A stretch of 64,000 nt of DNA from Cercozoa sp. M6MM (lineage: Eukaryota; Protista; Endomyxa: Ascetosporea): NCBI GenBank assembly GCA_040357565.1, contig JBDODJ010000039.1. One strand, written 5' to 3'. The notes beneath the pieces are model-generated. The model did no database searches, was not told where the DNA came from, and saw only the letters and a program-made list of their open reading frames with translations. A program made the position numbers and the translations under genes. Positions 1 to 13,470 of this stretch are shown here, in pieces (within the stretch, counting starts at the first letter, position 1; every line of letters begins with the position of its first letter).

Positions 1-48
<48 letters not shown>

Positions 49-68
49 CACGCACACACACACACACA
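1..68. repeat. (CA)n microsatellite inside an intron of the AlkB-like gene
   Basis: Direct: near-perfect CA repeat. Confidence 0.95.
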
Positions 69-89
69 CCGCTGCAAAGCCCAAAAATT

Positions 90-1762
90 TACCAATTTAA
101 ACAGTAGCCAGTTCGACAGCGACTGCGCATACACGAGTGATGGAGTGGGGGGGGGGGGGGGTAAAGGGAGGGGGTAAGAGTACCTGCGTGGCATTCCACG
201 AGTGCAGCACCGTCACTTTCTCGAACACGCCTGGCGACACCTCCTTGCGTCGCAGTCCATCTGTAACCATCCATCATTAAGCGGTCTTAGTACAAGGTGT
301 GTTGGCTGATGGGCCAAACGTACAGTGCTCGACGTAGTTGATGAACTCGAGCAGCGTCACGGCCACGACGCTCTGCAGCGCCCAGTAGGACAGGCCTGTC
401 AACACCGACGCCTGCCAGTACACCGCCATGGCGGCGTAGAAACACGCGCCGGCCACATTGATCGTCACAGCCTCGGTTAGTGCCGGACGGTTCGTATGCC
501 ACAGGTGCATGATTCCACCCCAGACCGACCTACACCCGGCCCAGCAAACCCGTAAATTTACACATGCCAAGGTCAAGCTTAGGTGTCAACGCACTGCGGA
601 ACAAACTCGAACACAGTTTGGCCCAGCTGTGCAGATGCCTGCAAACCACACAAATACAAAAAACTGCTCGAACTGCAAAACAGAAGAACGCCGCAGCTCA
701 AAATACCTTGTCTAGTCGCGTGCCGACATTGCTGTGATGACCTCGGTTGTGCTCCTCACAAAAGTGCGCGTAGCACACCTGGGAATTTCAAGAAACAAAA
801 CAGCCAGTCAGATCAGAAAAACGCGAAAAATACGAGAAGGCACCTGCGAAAGCAGCACACGCGAGAGGTTTCGCTCGAACTTGCTGCGTTTGTGACCGAG
901 TTCGTGTGCGATATTGATTCCGCCGCCACCGCAACTGAGTGAGTGAAACACGATTTTGAAGAGTTAAGACGAAATCTTAGAAGCAAGAACGGAAAAACAA
1001 AAACGGACACGAGGCCCATGAGTAGAAACAGGCCGAACTGAGCACCCGCCGACATCTCCGTTGTCCTGTCAATTGTGGAAGATAAACAAAGCGAAAAAGA
1101 TAATAAAGATAGAGGGAAAGCACAAATAGTGGTGCAACGCGAATGTCGAAAGTGCGAGCTGTGTCGGCACCCAAACAATCAGCGGCAATCTGCAGATCAA
1201 ATCAGCTTGATCACATTCTTGAGAGCTAGAAATGGCACAAAAGTACCGCCAGTGCGTCTTGTCCTTGTGTTCCTTCCGGTCCTCTGGCAGCGGATTGCTC
1301 TCGTCGCGGAAGCACTACGCATAGTTCAGTTTAAGTTGGACAGTAATTTACGGGACGAGACGGAAACTACCAAGTCGATCACTGTGAGAAAGCAGAACAT
1401 GGCCCACATCGGAAACAAGTAGCTGCCAAACGCAACACATGCATCGATGTATTTTGCACACTGAAGCAGTGAAGCAAAAAACGCACTCTCCAGTGGTCAG
1501 GGCCGAGTGAGTCATGAAGACGAGCGTGTACATTCCCCAAAACGGCAACCAGCCCTAGTTATGTACGAATAAGAAACACCATACTACCAAGATACAAGCA
1601 ACCGCCTTACCAGCCATGAAAGATCGGACCGGCCATTCTCGTTGCTCAAAGTAACTAAACACACAAAATAAAACCACACAGGGTTCCAAAAACAGCGGGC
1701 AACTCACAGGTCTTTTTCGGACCACCCCTGGCTGATTGGGCCACTAGGGACTCCTTTGCCAT
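90..1762 (-). CDS. Alkane 1-monooxygenase (AlkB-type membrane di-iron hydroxylase), multi-exon, 3' end beyond the window start
   Basis: Spliced minus-strand exons give INIAHELGHKRSKFERNLSRVLL, CYAHFCEEHNRGHHSNVGT, LLEFINYVEH|YGLRRKE...VTVLHSWN and LSNWLLFKL. These are the HELGH, EHxxGHH and NYxEHYG boxes diagnostic of AlkB. Putative ATG at 1762. Confidence 0.88.
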
Positions 1763-2311
1763 CCCAAAAAACACCTAGAGCTGTACTTTCCTCTATCTGA
1801 GGATGCAGTGCCGAGAGGGCTGCACACCCACAATGATCAATCGGTCACTTTCCGAGTCTCGGTTTTTGGTCGGCTGCCAGTATTTCCGTGCACGTCTGTC
1901 ACGCGAAACGGCTTGGGTAACAGCGACCCAGCTTAACGAACGATAGTTAGCGGCTATTAATCAATTACAATAATCGCGCGACGGTGATCGGGCGGTGACT
2001 GACGGTGAGTTGGACGAAGAATGGAAGCAATGTTATCTGGCATGTAACTCAATCAGAAAACTAAAACGGCCTTGCGTTAGTTGGCGCTGCATCGCGGCGC
2101 AAGTGTCGTGTGATCGATTTGACGGCCGGACGGCGTGTTTCAAGCGATATTTGAGTGGGCCGTTCTTATCGTGTGCTAAAACGTGAGGAAGAGGAGGAGA
2201 GACCTGCGAAGAGACTGGAGCTGTGTGTATGAAAGAGATATGACGATCGACGAGAGAGCGACGACCGTTTGTGAGAAAGCGTGCAATGGTTGCCAGCGAC
2301 CGAGCTTGCGC

Positions 2312-4285
2312 TCAGTTGTTCGTGACACGCAAGCAGGCCACCTACACAAGCACAGAACAGGATACCCACATTCTCTCACACATACTTCACACCCCCACAG
2401 GTGTGCAACAGCGCACCTTGCCAAACTTTGACGAGGCGTACTTCTTGCGCACGGCGCGTTCGCGGCTGTTGGTTTCCTGCGGCACAAACTCTCATGGGTG
2501 CCCTCTGTCTTGCGTGCAAACAGAGGCAGTACCACAAGAATGGCGTAGATCTCGTTGACACACGGACGCAGTTCCTGCGAGCGATAGGTCGAGTTGCGAA
2601 TCAAGTCGTCGCTCCAGCGCTTGTGATGCACGAGCTTGATGGCCTGCGCACAGTTTCACACAGACACGGTTGGCGATGTAGAAGAAATAAAGCAAGCTGC
2701 ACGTACCAAGTAGAGTGCTGACGCTGCGATCATCGACGGCTTGAACTGCAGCATGTGGTACTTGCTAAACGTGAGCTCCATCATGTAGAACGCCAGGTTG
2801 CGCACGCGCTGCGACTCGGCATCGGCGCCCGCCGCGCGGAAGAAACGTTTCACGAAGTGGTACGCCGTCGGCACCTGACAATGCGGGAGGGATCATGCAA
2901 TTAAGCAAAGGGAATGAAGCTGGTAAAGCGAAGCGCACTGTGAGTTCGTAGTCTAGCGCGTCGCACATTTCGATCTCCATTTCGATGATGTCCTCGCGCG
3001 TGTACGCACTGTCCGAGATATAGACAAAGTCGCGGATCTCGGGCGCAAAAATCTCCTGTGTATAAGCACGCATGTTTCACAGAGAATCCACAGAGAGAAA
3101 GAGGCAAAGAAGTCTCGCACCTCGTATTTCGAAGCAATGAGCATCGCTGTGCAGCCGACAAGCTGCAGCTTGCTCTTGCTGACCTGCACTCACGCACACA
3201 CACATACCGAAGGTAAGTACAATGTACGGCACAAAGGGGAAGGGGCCAAGGAGGCTACCTGCTTCTTCTCAAGGAAGCGGTCGACAATGTGAACCGTGAG
3301 ATAGAGCGTCTCAGGCTTGAGGCCGAACTTGAAGTGCACCTCGACGAGCCAATCGACGAGGATGGCGCGCATCCGCCGATTGATGTCGGGTTGCTTGTCC
3401 ATGTAGTTGCGCTGCGGCATGTACTGTCCCTCGGTTTCGAAGTAGAAGTCCATGATGTTCGGGATGTAGGGCACGAAGTAGAGCGGGTTCGACGCAACGT
3501 CGCGGTCCACCGGGTCGATCTCAGCGAGCGAGGTCTCCTCCTCCAGCGAGAGCGACGACAAGCCCATCGATTCTCGGACCTGCGCCGAGTCCGGCTGTGA
3601 TGATGAACTGCTCGGCTTGGTCACCAGGTCTTCAACCGACTGGACCACCTCTGGCTTCTGCTGCGACGACTCACGCTGCGCCAGCGGCCGCCGCTCGCGC
3701 ATCGTCGGTTTCGAGCCTGACAGCGACTTCTTCTACTCAGGTGAGAGTACACGATAAAGCGGTTTGAGCACACACGCACATACACACACACGCACACACA
3801 CACAGAAAACACAGAGAAAAAGTACCTTCTTCACGGCGCGAAGCGTGCCGTCCTCTCCTTCGCCGATCGACGAAGGGCGCACGTTGTGCGAGATCTCCTC
3901 GAGCGCCGTGCGCCCGCGTCTCGCCGGCAGCATCGATTTTGTGCTCGAGCCTGAGCGCGCTGCCGCAACGTCACGAATCTGTTCCTGCACACACGAAGCA
4001 CGCATCAGAATCGCTCACCCTCGCGTTGCAAAGCTGCCAAATCGCAGGCTGCAAAGCGTGCAAAAGGCGGCCACATCCGCCAATGTGTCCGCGCGTAAGC
4101 ACAGGCACCGCGACGAAGGCGCAAAAAGAGCGAGATGCACACAAAACCTCCCCTAGGCCGCCAGAGGCAAGAAAAGCAAAGCAAACCCACAAATCAAAGC
4201 AGAGGTCCCAAAAATCAGGTGCAAACACGCACTCTTTTTGGCTCTTAGGCCCAGAAAGCACATCTACACTAGCTGTAGCACACAT
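2312..4285 (-). CDS. B-type (mitotic) cyclin, multi-exon; start approximate
   Basis: D-box RTALEEISHN; cyclin box [69 protein letters not shown]; C-terminal AVRKKYASSKFGKVA...* at 2312. Confidence 0.93.
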
Positions 4286-5052
4286 CGCGCCAGCCCAACA
4301 TGTGCTTAGCGGCCGTCTGCATGGGAAATCGCCAACTCCAACGGAGATGCACTGAGCACATAGCAAAACGCACCATTGCGGTACACTAACACGAACACCC
4401 GTCTAGGACAGGCGAGATCGCACGAACACGAACTGTAAGAGTCTGGATTGTGTCTGACGGCGCCGCCTCTGCGTTGAGCCCGAGCCGATGGCAGTGATGA
4501 TCCGAGGACCGCTCCCCGATTTTTACGATTTGGACACGAATGCACAGTCGCTGCTGACTGGCGTAAAATCTGCACGTTCAAGGCAACTCCTTGAGCCTCG
4601 TACAATGAGGGCCAGACTGATTCGCGATCACAACTCGTAGAAGCCACCGATCAGTTGAACTGCGACTGAACTGCCAAGCGATCATGAACTGGGTGAAAGT
4701 CGTCGGGCAGAAGTTGAATGAGAGTTGCCACAAGTTGCGCAACGCTGCAGTACTGTGCAATGAACACTTGGAACTGCCAGAGTCGCCTCCCGCGGCAACT
4801 GAGCCGAACTGACGAGATACAGTCGGCTTTAGCTAACATCGGGACCGGCGGTCGACAGTCTACAGTTAAAGTAAGGGTAAAACTACCCGCAATTGATTCA
4901 GTCACGTAGAGTTCAACTCGACTTTAAGGAAGAGCGCAAAAAAGAAACAAATTTAGCGAACTTTAGAAAAGCGAGAAGCCTGCCCGCAAGCTGCAGAAAG
5001 CCCGGGACGGCGCCTACAGCCCAACTGAGCAGACGGGGAGCAAGGAACGCAT

Positions 5053-5623
5053 TTACAGACGGTGGCAGTAGCCGGCGTTGTGCGACAGAGCCGCGTTCAT
5101 CTTGAACAGCACCGTCGAGCCGATGAACGGGATGCCGAGAATCAGGCCGATGTTCTTGGCCTGACAGAACACAGTAACACGCATGAAATTGAGACAGAAT
5201 GGTTCATGGACAGAGGTACGTTCTTGGGCACGTTCTTGAACCAACCGAACGTGGCCATGGCCTTGGCGCGCATGTTGTGCAGCTGACGGAACTCAACGCC
5301 GCTCACGAACTCATGCTTGGCCCACCAGTGACCGTGCGAAATGTTCGGGCCAAACTGCACTCAACACACCCAGACATAACGATGTGTTGATAACCGAGCA
5401 GGAACCAACGAAAACCAAAAACAAAAAAAGCAAAAAATCACATGGAATTCCTCCGATCAAGTTTTGCGCCCAAAAGGGCCGCAACACAATGCAATGCAGG
5501 CTCACGAATCAGCACGGCAAAAAACGACTCGCGGCGCACGAAAGAACACACCTTGTGAATCGGCGAGCGAACAACAGTGCCGAAGTTGGCGGTCGTGAGG
5601 TGCGAGCCAGACACGTGCAGCAT
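5053..5623 (-). CDS. Small single-TM protein resembling cytochrome bc1 subunit 8 (QCR8/UQCRQ)
   Basis: Three in-frame exons give ~105 aa ending FGWFKNVPKNAKNIGLILGIPFIGSTVLFKMNAALSHNAGYCHRL, reminiscent of plant-type QCR8 C-termini (GLWKDLP...P.VG...HRF). Exon 1 is inferred. Confidence 0.4.
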
Positions 5624-5793
5624 GGTGTGAAGTGATGCAGTTAGCGTGCGCTTGCGGTAGGAGCGAGTGAGACGTGATGCTAGACATCGGCTCATGTGAG
5701 CCGACGACGAGCCGCGAGATTTATGCCTTCTTCGCATTGCTGGAACGTGTGTCCCTGCGCGAGTACGCATATAGTAGTGTACTAGTGCACAGA

Positions 5794-7101
5794 ATGGACT
5801 TTGACGACGAGCCGGATGAGCTGCGTTACGAGGCCAAAGTGGTCGTGCTTGGTATGTGCATAACATAAAACACTGCGCGCTTGTGCGCTTTTTGTGGAAT
5901 GTTTGTCCGGCAGGCAACTCTGGCGTCGGCAAGACGTCGCTTGTGACACGCGGCGTGAAAGGCAGCTTTTCCGAGCGGACCATGAGCACCATCGGGTACG
6001 ACGAGGTTTATCAGCCCCCTCTGACTTTGTGTATTGTGCGTAGTGCTAGCTACCTAGTGAAGAGTTTCCACATGGAGCACGAAGGTGACCCGTGGACAGT
6101 GCGACTCGCTCTATGGTTTGCACGTTTCCGCGCGGACAGGGAGGGTCAGTTTGTTACAGCTGGCTTGTGCAGGGATACAGCAGGACAGGAGAGGTTTCGA
6201 TCAATGGCGCCATTGTACTACAGGTGCGTTTCGCATCCTTCTGTGTGCTCTTTATTCTTTACCCTTACCCCCTTTTACCCCCACTCAACTCTTTTGTTCA
6301 ACGCAGAGGCGCTGAGGCAGCGATTCTCGTGTTCGACTTGAGTGCGCCAGCTTCGCTTAATACGGCCAAGGAGTGGTAGATTACTGTTTGACCCCGTTGC
6401 TCTCCTTTTCCATTTTACTCCATTCCCTCTACCTCATTTTACCTCTACTTGATCCCCCTTTACAACCCCATGTCCAGGGCCGATGAATTGCGATCGCAGC
6501 TGCACGATGACATGTGTCACTGCGTCTCAGTTGCCGGCAACAAAGCCGACGTCGTTTCCGTAGGCCTCACCTGTCGGGGGGGGGGGGGGGTGAAGGAAAG
6601 TAAGGGGGTAAAACTAAGGAGGGAATGCATAGGGCGAGGAAGAGCACCTGTGGACGCAAGCGCAAGTATTCAGCGACTCGATCGGCGCTGCCTTGCACCG
6701 CACCTCTGCCAAGACGGGTCAAGGTACCCATCGTTTGAACTAGCATTTTAGTCCATCCGGACTGATACACACGAATCCAAATCGACCAAAACTGAGCTTA
6801 TCTTAGGCGTGGACGAGCTGTTCCAAAATATCGCCCAAGAGCTGTTCCAGAAGGCCAACCGAGACGGCACACTGGCGGAGATTGCCAAAGGTAGGGACAT
6901 GTTTGCCATTTGCCCTTTCCTCTACCCCTCCCCCACAGAATTTAAATCGTCTCGCCGGCGGAGTAAAAAAGGAGATCGCGTTGATGTTGGTACCGTGCTG
7001 TTTTTTGCTTTCATTTTAATCCGACCTGTCACAAAACTTAACTCAATAATGCTGGACTCACTGCAGGTGGATCCGGCAACGGCAAATCGTGCTGTAACTA
7101 G
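5794..7101 (+). CDS. Rab GTPase, Rab5/Rab22-like, multi-exon
   Basis: [49 protein letters not shown]; C-terminal prenylation motif KSCCN*. Confidence 0.93.
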
Positions 7102-7421
7102 CCTTTCTCGGTCGATACCGTCGAACGGCCCCGACACGTGTTTGCACACCACCTCCGCGGCTCGTCTACGTTCGATTAGCGCTACCAGGCGGCTTATCTC
7201 ATGCGATGGGATGGATCCTGACAGCTGGCGTGGTAGCCAGTCGAGTGCAGCGCAACGAACCGTGGTTCTAATGTCGGCGCAGTCTTGTCTTTCACGTACC
7301 GTACTGTATAATACTCTACGATAATGTTACTGACGGTTGTCAGCGAAAAGAACTAAACAAACAATTGGACGAAGCGAGGGGAATCAAATAAATCTGTTTG
7401 TAGAAGCGAAGTGAAGAATTA

Positions 7422-7780
7422 CCCCAACTGGGTTCTTACGTCAAACTCAACTTAGACGGAGTTTTTGTCTTTGCCAACTGGCCTTCTGGAACAGCTCTTT
7501 GCCAGTTGGCAAAGAGGAAAATCGTGAGAAGATTTAACAAGAAAACCCCTTCTCTCTACAGCAGCCAATGCTTACTTGTAGAGGTGGATATCAGTACAAA
7601 CTGCAGAGCAACTGACCAGCTGATGCCAAGTAGATGAGGTTTTCTCTTTGCCAACTGGCAGGCTCAATCTACAGGACAGGCTTTCAGACAGGTCCAGTCA
7701 CTGCTCTATAGGCAGTAGTACCGTAGAGCCACAAACTCTTAACTCTTCTTTCGCTTTTACTTCAATGATAGTCCAACTGG
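7422..7780. repeat. Cluster of CCAACTGG / CTTTGCCAACTGGC motifs including a perfect 10-bp-stem palindrome; MITE remnant or regulatory array
   Basis: ctctttgcca-gt-tggcaaagag at 7495-7516; ctttgccaactggc at 7469-7482 and 7646-7659 (inverted relative to 7501-7514); ccaactgg near 7424 and 7773. Confidence 0.6.
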
Positions 7781-7887
7781 TCTGTTTGGGTTACGGACGG
7801 AGACTGCATAATCTGAGTCAGTCTGTAACAAAAAAAAACACACACACACACACACACACACTATTGTTACGCTACGGCTACACACGG

Positions 7888-7940
7888 CCATGCTCTTTTT
7901 GACCCATAGTTGGTTTCCTAGACTCAACTAACTAACTAGG
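7888..7940 (+). repeat. Dispersed short repeat copy 1 (hairpin + (AACT)n tail)
   Basis: catgctctttttgaccc...agttggtttcctagactcaactaactaact; related copies near 10200, 41430 and 47875. Confidence 0.7.
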
Positions 7941-8338
7941 CTACGGCTAGGCGTTTCGGGAAACAAAAGAGCAAAACAGAAGCAAAAGAACAGTGCTCTC
8001 GTTGGCCCAGAGACAGCAGGTCGCACGTGCAAATTGTATTGCACGCTAGTTTCTGCAGGTAAAAGCTCTAATATGCACTGGCAGGAGCCAATGAATGAAG
8101 TGAATCAGCATCCCTTGCTCTGTAGAGCATTATTAGCGAGAGCACTACATGTGCAGTAGGTATTCAACGCAATTCTAGTAGTCTAAATTAGCACAAAAGG
8201 CCGTGTGAGCGGAGAAAAAGCCAGCCAAGCACAAAGGAGGCGGCGTGTGCTCGTCGGTGCAAAGTAAAAACCGCAAAGCACACGCACATCTATTTTGTTG
8301 TTTGTTTCAAACACTACACTACACCACCGCACACTACA

Positions 8339-9825
<1,487 letters not shown>

Positions 9826-10198
9826 CTCGCGACTCACGGGCGACTCAACGCACCATTGTGGCCCTGCACAACGCCAGCGAGTCTCTTGCAGCCCAGTCGG
9901 TCGGGTCCGCGCCGTCACCGCCCACCGACTCAGGCGCTCATTGACTCCCGTCTGCCTCACTAAGCTTTTAGATTGATTTGTACAGTGTGCATGCCGGCAC
10001 TCAGCCCGGCATGTGCAGTTTAGCTACTGTAGCTTTGCTCTTTTCGTAGTGTACAGTACTCAGTACAGTATGTGCACTAAAGAATCCATATCTCGAATGG
10101 AACTGTGTTCTTTTAGTTTCGGGGATCGGATGGCCCTACCCTCGCCTACTAGTAGTCGCACCACCTATTCATCCGTTCATTTGATGCAGCTAGATACT

Positions 10199-10248
10199 GG
10201 TGCAGGGAAACTACATTGTTGATTTCCTAGAAGACTCAACTAACTAGA
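10199..10248 (+). repeat. Dispersed short repeat copy 2
   Basis: ggtgcagggaaactacattgttgatttcctagaagactcaactaactag. Confidence 0.7.
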
Positions 10249-10385
10249 TGCACCTAGCTAGGTGACAATAAAATCGGTTTTTGTGTCCCAAAACCCCGCC
10301 AGTCGATATCGCTGCGGTAGGCCCAGCGAGACTCGGCCTCCATTACCGAAGGCACGTCGTTGACGTTCCGTTCAGCTCACGTACG

Positions 10386-13167
10386 TTACTGCAGCATGGC
10401 CTCAATTGATCGAACGAACTCGAGCTGCTGCTCGGGGCTCAACGTCGGCGGAGGGTGACAGTACACGAGTCGGCCCAAAGCAGCGTCCTGCAGGACGAGT
10501 TTCGCAGCGTAGTTTTCATTGACTCGACCGCCTGTACATCGAAGACACCAAAAGTTGAAAGCAACATTAACATCAGTTCAGTCTTACCCTTGCTAGTTCG
10601 GTTCTTGGCAGCAGCGATTTTCGACAAGATGCCAAACGAGTTGTGCGACATTTCTTCCGCCGTTTCGTCTGTTTTGTGAAATCGGTTTTGTGCATGCGAA
10701 AGTCAAGACAGCTCAGATTGTACCAGCAACCTCGGCTTCAAACAGCGCGTCGATCAGATCTTCGGAAGGAACGCTCGTTGCAGATGTTTTCTCTCCTGAA
10801 ATGTTTTACAAACTTCAACGAAAAAAAAAAACAGAGGACGAAAACTTGAAAATACGCATCGAATTGGCGTCCAACTTGACATGGAAATGGCGTTCCAACT
10901 GTCGTTTCGAGACTCTCTAAAGTACAAGACACAGTTAGTTCCCTCAAAGAACCACACGAGAAAATTTAGTGTACCTCAACAACCAAAGCGGCAGCTTCGA
11001 CGGGATTCTGAATTCGATCAGCAGGCAAAATACCTGCAGCCGCCAGTTCTATTCAAACAACACAGAACGCAGTACACAAAGTGCGTAAAAGAGCCAAGAA
11101 GGAATGAGTACCCGCCTGGCTGGTGGCAGCAGCAAACACTAATCCGGGGCAGTCGAAGACGCTCATCTCCGTGTCTGGAATCTGTTTAGGCACAATAAAG
11201 TAAATTCAAACAAAAGACAACGGATGCGAATTTACGTTAATCGTCTGCAAACGCTTCGTTTTGAACGGTGTCGAGGAAACTGCGACGCGTCGTTCGGCGC
11301 AAAGCACATTCACCACGCACTAAGTTAGGAGGAATTTAGATGGCTGAATCACCCAAAAGAACATTGAAGGGAAAGCAACTACCGACTTGCCGACGTTGGG
11401 AAAGCCCAAGCAGCCGACACAAACGCGCGTATTCTCTTCGTTTCTTTGTTTTTTCTGCCAAGCACGGAAGAAGGTTCAATTGAACGAAAGAGGAGGCAAG
11501 AACCAAGTTACGTTGGACAAAGCGATTCGACGCAGGAGACGCAACAATTCACTTCGCGTGAAGATTCGAGTTTCGTCAAGAGACGACTCTGCTTGGCCGA
11601 TTTCGTCGGTATCGCTTCCAATGTCGCTCAGCTCCACGTGGTCACTGTGGTCGCTTTGACCACTGTAATCGCCCTGATCATCTGGAGCACTCATGTCGCG
11701 ATCACTCACTTGTTGCTCATCGCCGGATTCATCTTCAAACTGCATTTTCTGCAAGAACAGTTCGCGTGCCTCAGCAGAGACACCGGCGCGCTTGATTTGC
11801 CTCTTCTCATTCGGCTTCTCCGCTTCGGAAATTGTGGTTTTTTCTTTCATTTTTTGCTCCTCTGTTCAGTCAAAACCAGCATTAGTGAAGATTTAGAAGG
11901 ATCAGTGAATTCAGTGTACCACGAGTCTGACGAAGTGCGCTTTTGTCGGCATCAGCACGAGTGTGCTCACGCTTGCGTCTTGTACCTAAACATGGCAGTG
12001 GTAGTGAAACAACGGTATACTAATCAGACAAAGCACGTTCAAAGTACCTAAAAGATCCAGCCGACGGAGCTCCAGCAGCGCCGAGAAGAACACGCTAAAC
12101 ACACAACAACACTTTAAATGACAAGAATTCAGTGAACAAACAAAGCGTGTTGTACACTCTAATGCCTCGTTTTTTGAAGAATTCGAACCATTGTTGCCTC
12201 GCCTGCAAACCGCCCGGTTAAAAGACAACAAAATAACATTTTTAATTGTCAGTTATCATACCTCAACACTGAGCAGATCAGCTTTGTTCAGAAGCAAGAT
12301 TGCACCTTCTCCAGGACCGCGTGCTTCTGCAATCACCTCGCGCAGATCGCTTCCTGTTCAACATCGTTTAATTCAGCAAACTCAAAAAAAAAAAAAAAAA
12401 AACGATTTGCTGAAAATACAAGCACACCCGCACGGAAGAGCAACGGGTTTCGGGCATCAGCAACCTCGATGATCACGTCAGTTCGTTCGGTAGTGCGCCA
12501 CAGCTCGCGCCAAACCGATAAGTTGCGCTCGAAGGGAGTCAGAGTCACTATCAGACAGGAAACGCCACAAATACACAAATACATTTAAAAAAAAAACACT
12601 GAAGAATAATCGATTCTGTACTATTGTGGTGTCTGCGCAAGGCTTGAGCAACTTTGCGTTGCCAGACACCAAATTCTTCCTCTTCTCCGTGCTCCTGAGC
12701 AGCGCTGGACGCCATGTGCGCCAGTTCCCTGAAGTCGTCGGAATGCTTGTGCTTCCAGAGGGGACGACGTGGCACCGGAAAGCTCAGTAAGGCTTCTTCT
12801 TCCGACGGGCTAAACACAAGTCAAAACTGAAAGAATTACCGTTTGCTAAGAAAAATGAAGTCACCCAAAGGCATTTTCGTGCTTGCCAAACAGGTCTAAA
12901 GCCCAGAGATCTTTTGCACAAAATTGATCATCAGATAAAAAAGAAACCTTGTTGCAGGAAGAACTGATCGACCTGGCTTTCAAGCATGACTTGGGATTTA
13001 ACATCGACTGGTTTCTTTCGGTCCTTCTTTTGGCCACGCATCTGGCGCATCCTGTAGTTGAAGCACTTTGCAGCTCAAGTGACGTTTCACACCGCACAGA
13101 AAAACAGAACATTCGCATAATACCGGGCCTTGTCGCGCTTATTACGCTTTCTGCCACCACCACCCAT
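10386..13167 (-). CDS. LSG1: Large-subunit GTPase 1 (LSG1/GNL1 family circularly permuted GTPase), multi-exon
   Basis: PVPRRPLW; LTPFERNLSVWRELWRTTERTDVIIEVADARNPLLFR; LLLNKADL (G4) precedes GFPNVGKS (G1); VSSTPFKTKRLQT; DCPGLVF; AAKLVLQDAALGRLVYCHPPP. Confidence 0.9.
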
Positions 13168-13470
13168 TGGTTTCACGTGCAAGCACTCGTTATTTTGCTA
13201 TATTAGGCGAACGACAACTGTTTGGCGGTTTTCCAGACAAAAACAAGTTGGCCTACGCTTGAATCGAGTGAACTTAGAGTATTAGAGGGCCCTAATGTTT
13301 TAAAATATCGGTTTTCACGCTAATGCATCCGTTGGAAGCAATTACATCCAATAGGATGACATTTTTTGGATGCGAAACGCCGACGATTCGGGGAAACTCG
13401 CAGGGTCCGAGGTGTCATAGCGTCCTGGCTCAACGAAACTCATCGAATCGGCCGGAACGAGTCACGAACG

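Noticed and set aside
10455-11189. Plus-strand ORFs as an independent gene
   Set aside because: The region is explained by the 3' exons of LSG1 on the minus strand
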